A DNA stretch of 64,000 nt from Candidatus Hinthialibacter antarcticus (GTDB taxonomy: Bacteria; Hinthialibacterota; Hinthialibacteria; Hinthialibacterales; Hinthialibacteraceae). Each line of letters opens with the position of its first letter. Position 1 is the stretch's first letter. The position numbers were made by a program, and so were the translations under genes. Under the pieces are notes generated by a model. It saw nothing but the letters and a program-made list of their open reading frames with translations, was not told the DNA's origin and made no database searches. Shown in pieces: positions 1 through 10,069 of the stretch. Location: the NCBI GenBank assembly GCA_030765645.1, contig JAVCCE010000063.1, positions 137,626 to 201,625 on the forward strand, written 5' to 3'.

Positions 1-82
1 GGGGCTGAACGCCATTGATAACGAAAAAGAAAATCTGTTTCAGTTTATGATGGACTTTAAAAACAGCGGCGGGAGTGCGTAA
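1..82 (+). CDS. 3' end of an unidentified CDS (partial; ...GLNAIDNEKENLFQFMMDFKNSGGSA*)
   Basis: Open frame from window edge to TAA at 80-82; too short to assign. Confidence 0.2.
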   Translation, partial: GLNAIDNEKENLFQFMMDFKNSGGSA

Positions 83-87
83 AATAT

Positions 88-945
88 TTATTCGACTTCT
101 ATCCAAATTTGGCCTACCGGTTCACCGATTGTCCGAAGATCTTTGAGGCTATTAATCATCCCTTTCGTTAATTTAACTCCGCTGGCGAGTAACTTTTTGT
201 TTTTATAGCCGACAATATCTTCGGCTATAATCGAGTTTGGCTTAACGTGATCGAGATCATAACACTTTTTGGGTTTAGTCAGTTTCGGTGTTTTGCTAGT
301 AGGAGGCGCAGCATCAATTAATGCATCTTCCTGTCTGTTTTTCTCTTCTATCAATAATTTTTTCGCTCTTATCTTGATGTCTTGTTTCGCACGATGATTT
401 TCAACCGCTTTGGAGATCGTGTCATGATGATTTGTGGTGGATTCTGACACGATCGTCGGTTTACGTAATAACCCCTGTACTGCAGTCGTCACATCAATGT
501 ATTTGTATGATTCAACCGGCTTAACCCAGTTCTCACGAAACTGTAATATGCGGGCCAACCGTTCAAATAAATTATCTCTTCCCGCAGGCTTCAACAAAAA
601 TGCGTTGACATCCAGCGCCAAAGCAAGGCCGAATAGATTTCGGTCGCCGTGTCCTGTCAGCATCAATATGGGCAGGTCGCGTCTAATTTTTTCATGGCCT
701 GTCCGAATCAGTTTTGCCATCGTTAAACCGTTCATGATCGGCATGTTGAAGTCGGCAATGATCGCATCCACCATTGTGGCAGTGCTTTGAAGCATGGATA
801 TCGCTTCGTGTCCATTGTCCGCGTGCATAATAGTCTCGCATCCAAAACTCTTAAGAATCCCAAGTAGTTTGATGCGAGTTGTTCGGACATCTTCAACAAT
901 AAGAATGGAATATGGTTCTAGCGATGTGATCGGCATATCGCTCAT
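88..945 (-). CDS. Response regulator: N-terminal CheY-like receiver domain plus uncharacterized C-terminal domain
   Basis: ILIVEDVRTTR...DAIIADFNMPIMNGL...LPILMLTGHGD receiver signature with phospho-acceptor Asp context; C-terminal ~120 aa Lys-rich, no recognisable output domain. Confidence 0.7.
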   Translation of the reverse strand: MSDMPITSLEPYSILIVEDVRTTRIKLLGILKSFGCETIMHADNGHEAISMLQSTATMVDAIIADFNMPIMNGLTMAKLIRTGHEKIRRDLPILMLTGHGDRNLFGLALALDVNAFLLKPAGRDNLFERLARILQFRENWVKPVESYKYIDVTTAVQGLLRKPTIVSESTTNHHDTISKAVENHRAKQDIKIRAKKLLIEEKNRQEDALIDAAPPTSKTPKLTKPKKCYDLDHVKPNSIIAEDIVGYKNKKLLASGVKLTKGMINSLKDLRTIGEPVGQIWIEVE

Positions 946-1096
946 TTCTTTATAACTGACAGATCAATATATATTGCTGAATTATACATGATGATACGAT
1001 TTGACAAAATGCTTCGGGGAACGTATTGAGCGAATTGTGGTTTAACAAATCATGTTTACCGCTTTTATTGATATTCGAAGTAATTATGACGCGCTA

Positions 1097-1160
1097 TAAA
1101 CATGTGCGGTTGGAATAGCACGCTTCACATTATGCTTGAAAAGGGCAATATGAAGCGTGC
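1097..1160. repeat. Long imperfect inverted repeat (about 22-bp stem, 9-nt loop) followed by TTTTTG on + strand; possible terminator or protein-binding palindrome
   Basis: AATAGCACGCTTCACATTATGC...GCAATATGAAGCGTGCTATT perfect 14-bp outer arms seen directly. Confidence 0.35.
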
Positions 1161-1182
1161 TATTTTTGAATTCCGTTATCGC

Positions 1183-2472
1183 TTACAAAACGATTTCTTC
1201 TTTTTTTTGATCGAACTTAATGGTCTTTTCATGGCGAAAAGCTAGCATGCCCATCTGTAACGCAGTCTGAACGTGAAACCCTAAATCCATCGGGCTAAGC
1301 GTATTCTTATCTCGTTTGCGAATACAGTGGAAAAAATCACCCCAGAAGCGAATGAAATCTTCGCCATATTCGATGGGAAAGGTTTGATCTTTCTTCGATG
1401 ATTCTTCTGCATGGGTAAAGACGACGTCATCATTCCGAATTGTCAATGTTCCTTCCCAGCCGCGAATTATAGGAACGCGGTTTCCTGCGCCCCGCGCACT
1501 GGCGCCGGGGTAATTGTTGCCCTGGGTTCCCATAACAACAACCGTAAGTTGCTCGGGGTAATCAATGAGCATATTAAACGTATCAGGAATCTCGCGTTCC
1601 TGGTAACGGAACTTACCACCGGTTGCAACGACCGCATCAGGCATCGTGACTCCCAAAATACTGAGTACAGGAGTAAGCGAATGGGGGTATAAATCGGTTA
1701 CCGGCCCCCCTGCATAGTCTTCATACATGCGCCAGCGAAAATATCGGCTGACATCAAAATCTCGTTTGGGAGAGTCGCCTAAAAAAGCGCCCCAATTTAA
1801 ATCTCCGCCCGGTTTGGCGTTGGGGTCATCAATCGGCATGCCGCGTTCACCCCAATCACCCACGCGAAAATAGCCGCATTCGGCGTGAATCGGTTGGCCG
1901 ATTTGACCGTCTTGAACTAGTTGTTTCATCAGGGCCCATGCGCCGTCAGCCATGCCTTGAGTCCCCAACTGTATTACCTGGCTGGATTGTTCAACCGTTT
2001 TAGCCAGTTGTTTGGTTAAATTAAACTGCCGCCAGTGAGTCACGGGTTTTTCACAATAGACGTCTTTTTTCGCATTGATTGCATCAATGGCCTGATAACC
2101 GTGAATATGGTCGGGAGTCGCGATACTGACTACATCAATATCAGGATCGCTCAATAAGTCGCGATGATCCATAAATTGTTTTTTTACATCGAAACGTTCA
2201 GCCGCGATGGTCATCCGCGGTCGATAGGCGTCGCATACAGCAATGATATCTACATTCGAATCATCCTGTAATTTTGCGACTGCTTGTAGATGGGAGTGGC
2301 CGCGTCCTCCCGAGCCAATCAATCCATACCCAAGACGATCATTCGCCCCCATAATTCGTGAGGCGGATAATGCTGTGAAGGAAGTAGCAGCCGTAGTAAA
2401 AAGGCCCGTACGCTTTATAAAACTGCGTCGATTCTGTTTCGGTTTCTCTGTGAGTGAATTTGTTTTCAACAT
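1183..2472 (-). CDS. Gfo/Idh/MocA family NAD(P)-dependent oxidoreductase with twin-arginine (Tat) signal peptide
   Basis: N-terminal RRSFIKRTGLFTTAATSFTALSA Tat motif; GLIGSGGRG Rossmann motif; family-typical C-terminal alpha/beta domain. Confidence 0.8.
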   Translation of the reverse strand: MLKTNSLTEKPKQNRRSFIKRTGLFTTAATSFTALSASRIMGANDRLGYGLIGSGGRGHSHLQAVAKLQDDSNVDIIAVCDAYRPRMTIAAERFDVKKQFMDHRDLLSDPDIDVVSIATPDHIHGYQAIDAINAKKDVYCEKPVTHWRQFNLTKQLAKTVEQSSQVIQLGTQGMADGAWALMKQLVQDGQIGQPIHAECGYFRVGDWGERGMPIDDPNAKPGGDLNWGAFLGDSPKRDFDVSRYFRWRMYEDYAGGPVTDLYPHSLTPVLSILGVTMPDAVVATGGKFRYQEREIPDTFNMLIDYPEQLTVVVMGTQGNNYPGASARGAGNRVPIIRGWEGTLTIRNDDVVFTHAEESSKKDQTFPIEYGEDFIRFWGDFFHCIRKRDKNTLSPMDLGFHVQTALQMGMLAFRHEKTIKFDQKKEEIVL

Positions 2473-2759
2473 TGGATCCCCCCTGCATTTGTTGGAAAAA
2501 TTAAAATGCGTATTTTAAAATTTGCTTGTGGATGTAGAGCCATTTGGATGTTTCTGTATGGTCTCCTTCCTCATCGTTTTAAAAAATGAAAAAGAACAGA
2601 GCACTATAATAAGGGTTTTTCCGACTAAAGCGTACTTGCTTTAATCTACCGCCATGCCTGGTGCACCGAATTCAAAATTGAATTTATAAAATAGTGTCTA
2701 ATATACGGAAGAACCATAATAATTGAGTGAAATTCGATTAAATTTGAAACTGATTTTCA

Positions 2760-3689
2760 CTATTTTATATTGCGTTGAATCCACTCTTGGTATGACATTT
2801 CAATTTGTTTGTTCGTTTTGATTCCGTCCCATACCGCTACCGCATACCGCAAATTCAATGGAGAGTCTTTCGTAATCTCAAATGGTTTTTCATGGTATCG
2901 CAAAGTTGCCGAAAGATATGAGAAGGGGGTAGGCATAGTAAACCAGGTCGCCGGACGTTTGTTTTGGGGATCGTTCATCATACATACGGTAGCCGGAAAC
3001 TCACCAATTACAGAATAGGCGCACCAGTTGGCGTTGGTTAAACGTTCTTCACCCCGAAAGATATCTCCATCCGCATTTTCAGAATTGGTAAATGCCCCTA
3101 TCTTGTCCATTGATTCTATAAAGCGCATTCCCAAACCATAATAATGCGAGCCGCCGACACTGATTGCACCCTTGCCCGGAACAAGTGACGTCTCCCACGT
3201 TAGCAAAGTTGCTTGCTGTTTGGGCAAAATCTCAACTTGAATGGTCCGAAATTCATTGGCTAGGATTTCGTTGGCTGGATTTTTCCATACAAGAGATTCC
3301 CGAAATACAGAACGTGAACTTTGCTTATTCTCCAATTGTTGAAATGATTGATGTTCTTGTTTACCGGCATTTTCGCTTTCTTCCCAAAAAGAAATACCAT
3401 TCAGGCTCACAGCAAACATCAGGGCGTGATGATGTAGATGGTCATGAGGCGCATCCCGCAGAATGTTCTTTCCCGTTGGAGTGAACAATTTTTGTACGTA
3501 TGGTTTGAACGGCGTATTTGAAAATTTATATACCAGTAGCGGATGCTCGGGTGCATCCACATGGAGGGTGTCCTGTTGTATGCTGACTTTCAAGTTGTCT
3601 TTTGCATAAAGCATAGAAGGACATGCAATAAACACCACCCAAACTAGTAATAGACTTTTTAATCGGATTGTGATCTTAAATGATGTCAT
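2760..3689 (-). CDS. Secreted hypothetical protein (PmoA/DUF6807-like family commonly paired with Gfo/Idh/MocA oxidoreductases); start chosen at internal Met preceding signal peptide
   Basis: Signal-peptide-like MTSFKITIRLKSLLLVWVVFIACPSMLYA; HDHLHHHALMF motif; family assignment from memory only. Confidence 0.45.
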   Translation of the reverse strand: MTSFKITIRLKSLLLVWVVFIACPSMLYAKDNLKVSIQQDTLHVDAPEHPLLVYKFSNTPFKPYVQKLFTPTGKNILRDAPHDHLHHHALMFAVSLNGISFWEESENAGKQEHQSFQQLENKQSSRSVFRESLVWKNPANEILANEFRTIQVEILPKQQATLLTWETSLVPGKGAISVGGSHYYGLGMRFIESMDKIGAFTNSENADGDIFRGEERLTNANWCAYSVIGEFPATVCMMNDPQNKRPATWFTMPTPFSYLSATLRYHEKPFEITKDSPLNLRYAVAVWDGIKTNKQIEMSYQEWIQRNIK

Positions 3690-3937
3690 CGTTTTTTCCC
3701 TGTATATTGAACTAAACATAATGCCTTTGCATATTAATGTTCCCATATTATTGGTATAAATACAATCAGAATGTGCAAGGTTTATCGGATTCGTTCAAAA
3801 TTGTTGTTGATGATAGAGTCTTTCCTCACTTTGAACCCTCAAACGCACTGGCCCTCTTTGCTATGATGAATTCGGCTGCACCAAGGCTGCTCGGGAAGGC
3901 AGTCAGTGTTGTTAAATATGAGGCGCAGGTGATTCTT

Positions 3938-4882
3938 ATGCCGACAATTACTCAATTGCAGTACATATTGGCTGTGAACCAGACCAAGCATTTTGGCAGA
4001 GCGGCGGAAGACTGCTGTGTGAGCCAACCTTCTCTTTCCGCTCAAATTCAAAAAGTAGAAGATGAACTTGAAGTTACCATTTTCGACCGATCAAAAAAAC
4101 CTATATTAGTAACAGAAAAAGGGAAAAAAGTCATTGAACAATCCAAAAGGATCGTGACTGAATACAAAAAACTTCTTGAAGTCAATCAAAATCAGGACGA
4201 AATTTCTGGAGACTTTCAACTTGGTATCATTCCAACCCTAGCGTCTTATGTACTTCCGCTTTTCATTGAGCAATTTTCAAAGAAATACCCCAAAGTTCAA
4301 CTCACAATCAATGAATATAAAACACAAGATATCATTCGCGCTTTACATGATGATAGGCTTGACGCCGGACTAATGGCGACGCCTCTTAATGATGATCATC
4401 TTATTGAGAGAGTCTTGTTTTATGAGCCGTTTTATCTGTTTGTCTCACAGAATCATGAATTGTCAAAAAAGAAACAAGTGACAGAAAAAGACTTAGACAC
4501 AGAATCGATTTGGTTATTGGAAGAAGGCCATTGTTTTCGAGAGCAGGTTCTAAGGCTATGTTCGAATAAAAATAAATGCCAGGTATTACATAACATCAAT
4601 TTTGCAAGCGGGAACCTCGAAGCGTTGGTTAATCTGATCCGAAAGGGACGTGGATGTACTGTGCTTCCACACTTGGCAACTTTACAACTTCAAGACAGGG
4701 AAAAGGAGACTTTATTAAAACCATTTCATCGCCATATTCCCACTCGGGAAGTGAGCCTTGTCTATAGTCGTTCTTTTCTGAAGCAAGAAATTATTGATGC
4801 GTTAGAGCAGGAAATCTTGCATGGATTGCCTAAGGAGATATCTTCCAAAAAGAAAAAATCCTTTGAGATCATCGATATCTAA
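3938..4882 (+). CDS. oxyR: LysR-family transcriptional regulator OxyR (hydrogen peroxide sensor)
   Basis: LysR HTH MPTITQLQYILAVNQTKHFGRAAEDCCVSQPSLSAQIQKVE; redox-cysteine pair context LLEEGHCFREQVLRLCSNK matching OxyR C199/C208 region; immediately upstream of katG. ORF-track start 3737 is an in-frame upstream extension; ATG at 3938 chosen. Confidence 0.75.
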   Translation: MPTITQLQYILAVNQTKHFGRAAEDCCVSQPSLSAQIQKVEDELEVTIFDRSKKPILVTEKGKKVIEQSKRIVTEYKKLLEVNQNQDEISGDFQLGIIPTLASYVLPLFIEQFSKKYPKVQLTINEYKTQDIIRALHDDRLDAGLMATPLNDDHLIERVLFYEPFYLFVSQNHELSKKKQVTEKDLDTESIWLLEEGHCFREQVLRLCSNKNKCQVLHNINFASGNLEALVNLIRKGRGCTVLPHLATLQLQDREKETLLKPFHRHIPTREVSLVYSRSFLKQEIIDALEQEILHGLPKEISSKKKKSFEIIDI

Positions 4883-4943
4883 TTCTCTTAAAGCCAATTC
4901 CTACAAAGGCTTACCTCAAACCGCTCCCCCTTTGCTGCAACCA

Positions 4944-4979
4944 ATAGTATTTCACTATTGAAACATAGGAAAATACTAT
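4944..4979. promoter_or_regulatory. OxyR operator: ATAG-N7-CTAT-N6-ATAG-N7-CTAT tetrad in oxyR-katG intergenic region
   Basis: ATAGtatttcaCTATtgaaacATAGgaaaataCTAT read directly; matches OxyR ATAGnt-N-CTAT dyad architecture; followed by more ATAG half-sites and a katG RBS AGGAGG. Confidence 0.55.
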
Positions 4980-5067
4980 TTCCAATTGGTTTTGTCTGTG
5001 ATAGTTTAAATAGGTATTAAGAATAGTTCTTATATAAAAGCAATGAATATCTAGGAGGAAAGAAACG

Positions 5068-7302
5068 ATGAAGACAAGTAAATTTTTTATGGCAGGGCTG
5101 TTGGCGTTGTCTATGTTGATTCCCGCATCAATAGTCAACGCAGCAGATATGGGAGAAACAAAATCAAACCGCTTCTGGTGGCCTGAACAGTTAGACCTTT
5201 CGCCGCTTCGCGCACAAAGTCCAGAGTCGAATCCATTCGGAGATTCATTTAACTATGCCGAAGAATTTAAGAAACTTGATCTTGAAGCCTTAAAGAAAGA
5301 CATTGATAAATTGTTGACCACTTCACAAGACTGGTGGCCCGCTGACTATGGCAACTATGGACCGCTGTTCATTCGTATGGCATGGCACAGCGCAGGCACC
5401 TACCGCACGGTTGATGGACGCGGAGGCTCTGATGGTGGTCAACAACGCTTTGATCCACTCAACAGCTGGCCTGACAATGCAAACCTCGACAAAGCGCGTC
5501 GCTTGCTTTGGCCGATCAAACAGAAATACGGTCAAAAAATATCATGGGGCGATTTGATGGTTTTGGCGGGAAACGTTGCGATGGAAAACATGGGCTTTAA
5601 AACTCTTGGTTTTGCAGGCGGGCGCGTGGATGACTGGGAGCCTGAAATGGTCAATTGGGGCCCGGAAACCAAGATGCTTGATAAAACCGAAACGCGCCGC
5701 GACGACAAAGGCAAACTGGAAGGCCCTCTTGCAGCGGTACAGATGGGCTTGATCTATGTCAATCCAGAGGGCCCGAATGGAAACCTGGATCCAATTTCGT
5801 CAGCCAACGCGATACGTGAGTCATTTGGCCGCATGGCGATGAATGACGAAGAAACCGTCGCCCTCATTGCGGGCGGACACACATTTGGAAAAGCGCACGG
5901 AGCACATGCGCCGGCTGAGAATGTTGGCCCCGAACCCGCTGCCGCGCCGATTGAAGAGCAGGGATTAGGTTGGATGAGCACTGCCGGCAAAGGCAATGCC
6001 GAAGATACGACCACAAGCGGTCTCGAAGGCGCATGGACAGCCTCTCCTGTTCAGTGGTCGCACATGTTTCTTGACTTCTTGTTCCGTTTTGATTGGAAAC
6101 AAACCAAAACTCCAGCGGGAGGAACGGTATGGATTCCGTCCGATGATTCTGCGAAAAATCTAGTTCCTGATGCTCATATAAAGGGCAAGTTCCACGCGCC
6201 TATGATGTTTACCACAGACCTTGCTCTTAAAGAGGACCCCAAATATAGAAAAATCGCAAAACGCTTCCTGGATAATCCAGAAGAATTTCAAGATGCATTT
6301 GCACGCGCCTGGTTCAAACTCACCCACCGCGACATGGGGCCGAGCGCGCGCTATCTCGGATCGGATGCGCCTAAAGTTTCAATGATTTGGCAAGACCCAC
6401 TTCCTAAAGTCGATCATAAGTTGATTGATGAAAACGATGTCAAAAAACTGAAATCTGAGATTCTTAAATCCGGGCTGACCGTTTCGGAACTCGTACGTAC
6501 GGCCTGGGCGTCGGCCGCTACTTATCGCGGAAGCGATATGCGCGGCGGCGCGAATGGGGCGCGAATTAGCCTTAAACCGCAAAACAAATGGGAAGTCAAC
6601 GATCCGAAGGAACTCAACAAAGTACTCAAACAGTTCGAAAAGATTCAAAAGAGTTTTAATAGCTCGCGTTCGAATGATGCAAAAGTTTCACTTGCTGATT
6701 TAATCGTCTTGGGTGGAGCAGCGGCTGTCGAAAAGGCGGCGAGTGATGCGGGCGTTAAAGTTGAGGTCCCGTTTGCTGCGGGCCGCGCTGATGCAACCCA
6801 GGACCAGACGGATGTTGAATCATTCGATTTGCTCGAACCAAAGGCGGACGGGTTCCGCAACTACTACTCGAAAGAATGCTACATGCCGCTGACCGAAATG
6901 TTGGTCGACAAGGCGAGTTTGTTAAACTTGACCGTTCCTGAAATGACCTTTCTGGTTGGCGGAATGCGTGCGCTGAATGCAAACGCCGGAGCATCCAAAA
7001 ACGGCGTGTTAACCGACAAACCCGGCGTGTTGAGCAATGACTTCTTTGTGAACCTGCTTGATATGTCCACGGATTGGAAAAAATCAGAGAAAAACGAAGG
7101 GGCGTATGAAGGCTATGACCGTAAGACGGGCAAACTGAAGTGGACGGCGTCTTCTGTTGATCTGATCTTTGGTTCGAATTCTGAATTGCGAACAGTCGCA
7201 GAAGTCTACGCATATAACGGTTCGAAAGAAAAGTTTGTGCGTGACTTCGTCGGCGCCTGGGTCAAGGTCATGCAAAACGACCGCTTCGATCTGGATTCCT
7301 AA
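5068..7302 (+). CDS. katG: Catalase-peroxidase KatG with N-terminal signal peptide (probably periplasmic)
   Basis: [10 protein letters not shown], two-domain haem peroxidase architecture, 744 aa; N-terminal [26 protein letters not shown] precedes conserved [10 protein letters not shown] start of mature KatG. Confidence 0.95.
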   Translation: MKTSKFFMAGLLALSMLIPASIVNAADMGETKSNRFWWPEQLDLSPLRAQSPESNPFGDSFNYAEEFKKLDLEALKKDIDKLLTTSQDWWPADYGNYGPLFIRMAWHSAGTYRTVDGRGGSDGGQQRFDPLNSWPDNANLDKARRLLWPIKQKYGQKISWGDLMVLAGNVAMENMGFKTLGFAGGRVDDWEPEMVNWGPETKMLDKTETRRDDKGKLEGPLAAVQMGLIYVNPEGPNGNLDPISSANAIRESFGRMAMNDEETVALIAGGHTFGKAHGAHAPAENVGPEPAAAPIEEQGLGWMSTAGKGNAEDTTTSGLEGAWTASPVQWSHMFLDFLFRFDWKQTKTPAGGTVWIPSDDSAKNLVPDAHIKGKFHAPMMFTTDLALKEDPKYRKIAKRFLDNPEEFQDAFARAWFKLTHRDMGPSARYLGSDAPKVSMIWQDPLPKVDHKLIDENDVKKLKSEILKSGLTVSELVRTAWASAATYRGSDMRGGANGARISLKPQNKWEVNDPKELNKVLKQFEKIQKSFNSSRSNDAKVSLADLIVLGGAAAVEKAASDAGVKVEVPFAAGRADATQDQTDVESFDLLEPKADGFRNYYSKECYMPLTEMLVDKASLLNLTVPEMTFLVGGMRALNANAGASKNGVLTDKPGVLSNDFFVNLLDMSTDWKKSEKNEGAYEGYDRKTGKLKWTASSVDLIFGSNSELRTVAEVYAYNGSKEKFVRDFVGAWVKVMQNDRFDLDS

Positions 7303-7320
7303 AGATCGCCTATCCCTTAC

Positions 7321-7349
7321 CGTCGGGCTCTCGCGATGAGAGCCCGACG
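7321..7349. terminator. Perfect 12-bp hairpin between convergent katG and fliJ-fusion genes (bidirectional terminator candidate, no U-tract)
   Basis: CGTCGGGCTCTC-gcgat-GAGAGCCCGACG. Confidence 0.4.
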
Positions 7350-7460
7350 CACTGGATGGCGCGAGTAAAGAGAAACCATCCCGCATCTTTTATTCACATA
7401 TTAGAACGTATCTGAAATAGCGATTGCTAGAGCGGTCTGTTTGTATAACAGCGAGTCATC

Positions 7461-8675
7461 TCAGTTAGATTGCGCGGCGCTAGTCGCTGACGGAATTTCC
7501 GTCGGAGACGGCTCAATGCCGTATAATTCTTCTGTCGTTAAACTGAGATAATCGTCCATCATTTGAGAAGCGACTAGCGGATTGTCTTTTTGAAATTGGG
7601 CGAACAATGTGCTCAGCGATTTGTCGGGCATGCTCCGAATCAAGCGAACGGCCCGCAGTTGTTGTTCACGTTTTTCGTCTTCATCGACGACATTATTTGC
7701 TTGATAAAGCGAGATGATTAGATTTGATATTTCTTTAGGCTTGGCTTTTGCGAGCGCGGCAGACATTTTTTGTTCGAGTTCACTCAGCTCGCTTTTTTCT
7801 TCTTCTTCGCGCTTGCGTCGTAAATCTTGAAGGGTTTCCAATTGTTCTGACGCCGAGTCAACATAGCCTGAAAGCGAATTTTGCAGCGCTAACAGCGAGG
7901 CTTCTTTTTTCTTGATTTCGTCTTCACGTCGCGCAAGATCTTCTTCTTTTCGGCGTTGTTGCTCTCTAACGTCAATTATATTGTCGAGTAAATCCGGCAT
8001 GGGTTTATCAATATCGCCGAGCAAGTCTTCCACTGTATAAGCGTCGGCGACTGCGGTGCTGGTTGCGGCTTGTACTTCATCTGTGGCGCTTGCCACTCCA
8101 CCCTGGAAAAAGGGCAGGGGAATTTTTTGGAGCATTTCCTGGTCGATCACGCCGGTGTACCAACCGATGCCTGCTGCGGCGCCAATGAGTAAGATCGGCA
8201 CCAATAAATACAACAGGATGCCGCCATGTTCGTAATCTCGTCGGTTAAATCGCTGCGCACCGATTTCATCCATTGCCTTGTCCTCCTCACGTATGGTTTC
8301 CGCTTGCCAATCGGTGTGTTTTTTCTCGCGCAATTTTTCGAGAATTTTTTCTTCTTGATAGAGACCGATTAGTTCTTGTCTGCGTTCATTTTGTTCAGTG
8401 CGCAGGCGTTCAATTTGCGCTTGTTTTTCTTGTTCGACCTTATTGATATACGCCCGGAACTGGTCGAGCGTTTTTTGCTTTTGGGTGTATTCACTGTCGC
8501 TAGATTGTTCAAGCAAGCGCTGACGAAACGCTTGGACGCTTGCTCGCCCGTCTTCAATCGCTTGTAATAAGTCTAGCACTTGATCTTCAAGGCGTTGAAT
8601 CTCTTGTTCTTTTTCTTCGATCTGATACCGCTTCAACCGCATGACGGGGTCAAGTCGAAAGTGAAAATTTTTCAT
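7461..8675 (-). CDS. fliJ: FliJ-like flagellar export chaperone fused to a TM segment and a C-terminal coiled-coil/MotE (YlxF, MgtE_N-like) domain
   Basis: Start ATG overlaps fliI stop (ATGA at 8672-8675); N-terminal about 150 aa coiled coil MKNFHFRLDPVMRLKRYQIEEKEQEIQRLEDQ typical of FliJ; TM GILLYLLVPILLIGAAAGIGWYTGV; C-terminal KPKEISNLIISLYQ...LRAVRLIRSMPDKSLSTLFAQF resembles MgtE_N-like repeats of Bacillus YlxF/MotE. Confidence 0.5.
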   Translation of the reverse strand: MKNFHFRLDPVMRLKRYQIEEKEQEIQRLEDQVLDLLQAIEDGRASVQAFRQRLLEQSSDSEYTQKQKTLDQFRAYINKVEQEKQAQIERLRTEQNERRQELIGLYQEEKILEKLREKKHTDWQAETIREEDKAMDEIGAQRFNRRDYEHGGILLYLLVPILLIGAAAGIGWYTGVIDQEMLQKIPLPFFQGGVASATDEVQAATSTAVADAYTVEDLLGDIDKPMPDLLDNIIDVREQQRRKEEDLARREDEIKKKEASLLALQNSLSGYVDSASEQLETLQDLRRKREEEEKSELSELEQKMSAALAKAKPKEISNLIISLYQANNVVDEDEKREQQLRAVRLIRSMPDKSLSTLFAQFQKDNPLVASQMMDDYLSLTTEELYGIEPSPTEIPSATSAAQSN

Positions 8676-10069
8676 TTTACGCCGCCCTGTTTCTGCGTCT
8701 TCGTCTGAGGCGCATTTTCCGGTTTCGCAGTGCGCGGCCCGCACATCCCCGCGATATCCATCATTTGACCGACAACTTCATTGTAGTCAAATGATTCTTG
8801 AATGCCTTGTTGGAGAAAGGCGTCAATCGTCGGCTTCATGTCGATGGCAAGATCAATTTCGGGATTGCTGCCTTTTTGATACGCGCCGATGTTGATTAAG
8901 TCTTCAGAGTCGCGGTAGACCGCCAGTAGTTGGTTTAAGCGGCGCGCAGCTGCGACTTGTTCATGGGGGGTGATATCAACCATGACGCGGCTGATGCTCT
9001 GCAATACATCAACCGACGGATAATGGTTGTGGTGCGCGAGTTGGCGCGACAAGACGATGTGGCCGTCGAGGATGCCTCGCGTGGCATCGGCGATGGGTTC
9101 GTTCATATCGTCGCCCTCCACCAAGACCGTGAAGAGAGCGGTGATGCTGCCGACGCCTTCGCTAGTTCCGGCGCGTTCCATAAATGCGGGCAGCAGCGCA
9201 AATACGGACGGCGTATATCCACGCGTGGTGGGCGGCTCGCCTGCGGCGAGACCGACTTCGCGCTGCGCCATCGCCATACGCGTGACCGAGTCCATCATAA
9301 ATAAAACGTCCTTACCCTGGTCGCGAAAATACTCGGCGATGGTCATTGCGGTGAGTGCGCCTTTGACGCGGGTCAGCGGCGGGTTATCGCTAGTGGCGAC
9401 GACAAGAACGCTGCGCGCCATGCCTTCTTCGCCTAAATCTTTTTCGATGAACTCGCGCACTTCGCGTCCGCGCTCACCGATGAGAGCGATTACGTTTACT
9501 TCCGCTTCCGTTGAGCGCGCAATCATGCCCATCAGCGTACTCTTGCCGACGCCGCTGCCTGCAAACACGCCCAGGCGCTGTCCGCGCCCCCACGTTAACA
9601 TCGAGTCAATCACTTTCACGCCGGTTGCAAGCGGCTTTTGGATGCGTTGGCGGGTGATTGCGTTCGGCGGACGGCTATAGATCGAACGAAGCGTCATGGT
9701 AGAGATCGGCCCTTTGCCGTCATTGGGATTGCCCAGGCCGTCGAGCAGGCGTCCCAGCAGGTGCTCGCTGCATTTGACTTTGGCGGGGCCGCCGGTCGAA
9801 AGAACTTCACAACCGGGGCGAATTCCGGTGATGTCGCCGAACGCCATCAGAATAACGCGCCCGCTGCGAAAGCCGACGATTTCCGCCGGGACGGGGTCGC
9901 TGTTCGGCGGGGCAATATAGACCAAATCGCCAACTGCGCCGCCGGGACCGCGCGATAAAATGACAACGCCAACCAGTTCGTCAACGTAACCCCGTTGACG
10001 GATCGTATGCGCATTGGCGATCAACCAACGCATTGTGTCCCAGTCGATAGCGTGAGGTGTTAAGGTCAT
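8672..10069 (-). CDS. fliI: Flagellum-specific ATP synthase FliI
   Basis: Walker A GSGVGKST, F1/V1-ATPase-like core, position between fliH and fliJ. Confidence 0.95.
   Translation of the reverse strand: MTLTPHAIDWDTMRWLIANAHTIRQRGYVDELVGVVILSRGPGGAVGDLVYIAPPNSDPVPAEIVGFRSGRVILMAFGDITGIRPGCEVLSTGGPAKVKCSEHLLGRLLDGLGNPNDGKGPISTMTLRSIYSRPPNAITRQRIQKPLATGVKVIDSMLTWGRGQRLGVFAGSGVGKSTLMGMIARSTEAEVNVIALIGERGREVREFIEKDLGEEGMARSVLVVATSDNPPLTRVKGALTAMTIAEYFRDQGKDVLFMMDSVTRMAMAQREVGLAAGEPPTTRGYTPSVFALLPAFMERAGTSEGVGSITALFTVLVEGDDMNEPIADATRGILDGHIVLSRQLAHHNHYPSVDVLQSISRVMVDITPHEQVAAARRLNQLLAVYRDSEDLINIGAYQKGSNPEIDLAIDMKPTIDAFLQQGIQESFDYNEVVGQMMDIAGMCGPRTAKPENAPQTKTQKQGGVK

Noticed and set aside
3737-3937. 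Upstream extension of the oxyR ORF (ORF track starts at 3737)
   Set aside because: The LysR HTH starts at the internal Met (3938), as in characterised OxyR proteins. The extension would add 67 non-homologous residues and overlaps the neighbouring gene's promoter region.
9027-9958. Several 100-217-aa plus-strand ORFs inside fliI
   Set aside because: They are antisense to a highly conserved ATPase gene, with biased Arg/Ala/Ser composition typical of GC-rich antisense frames.
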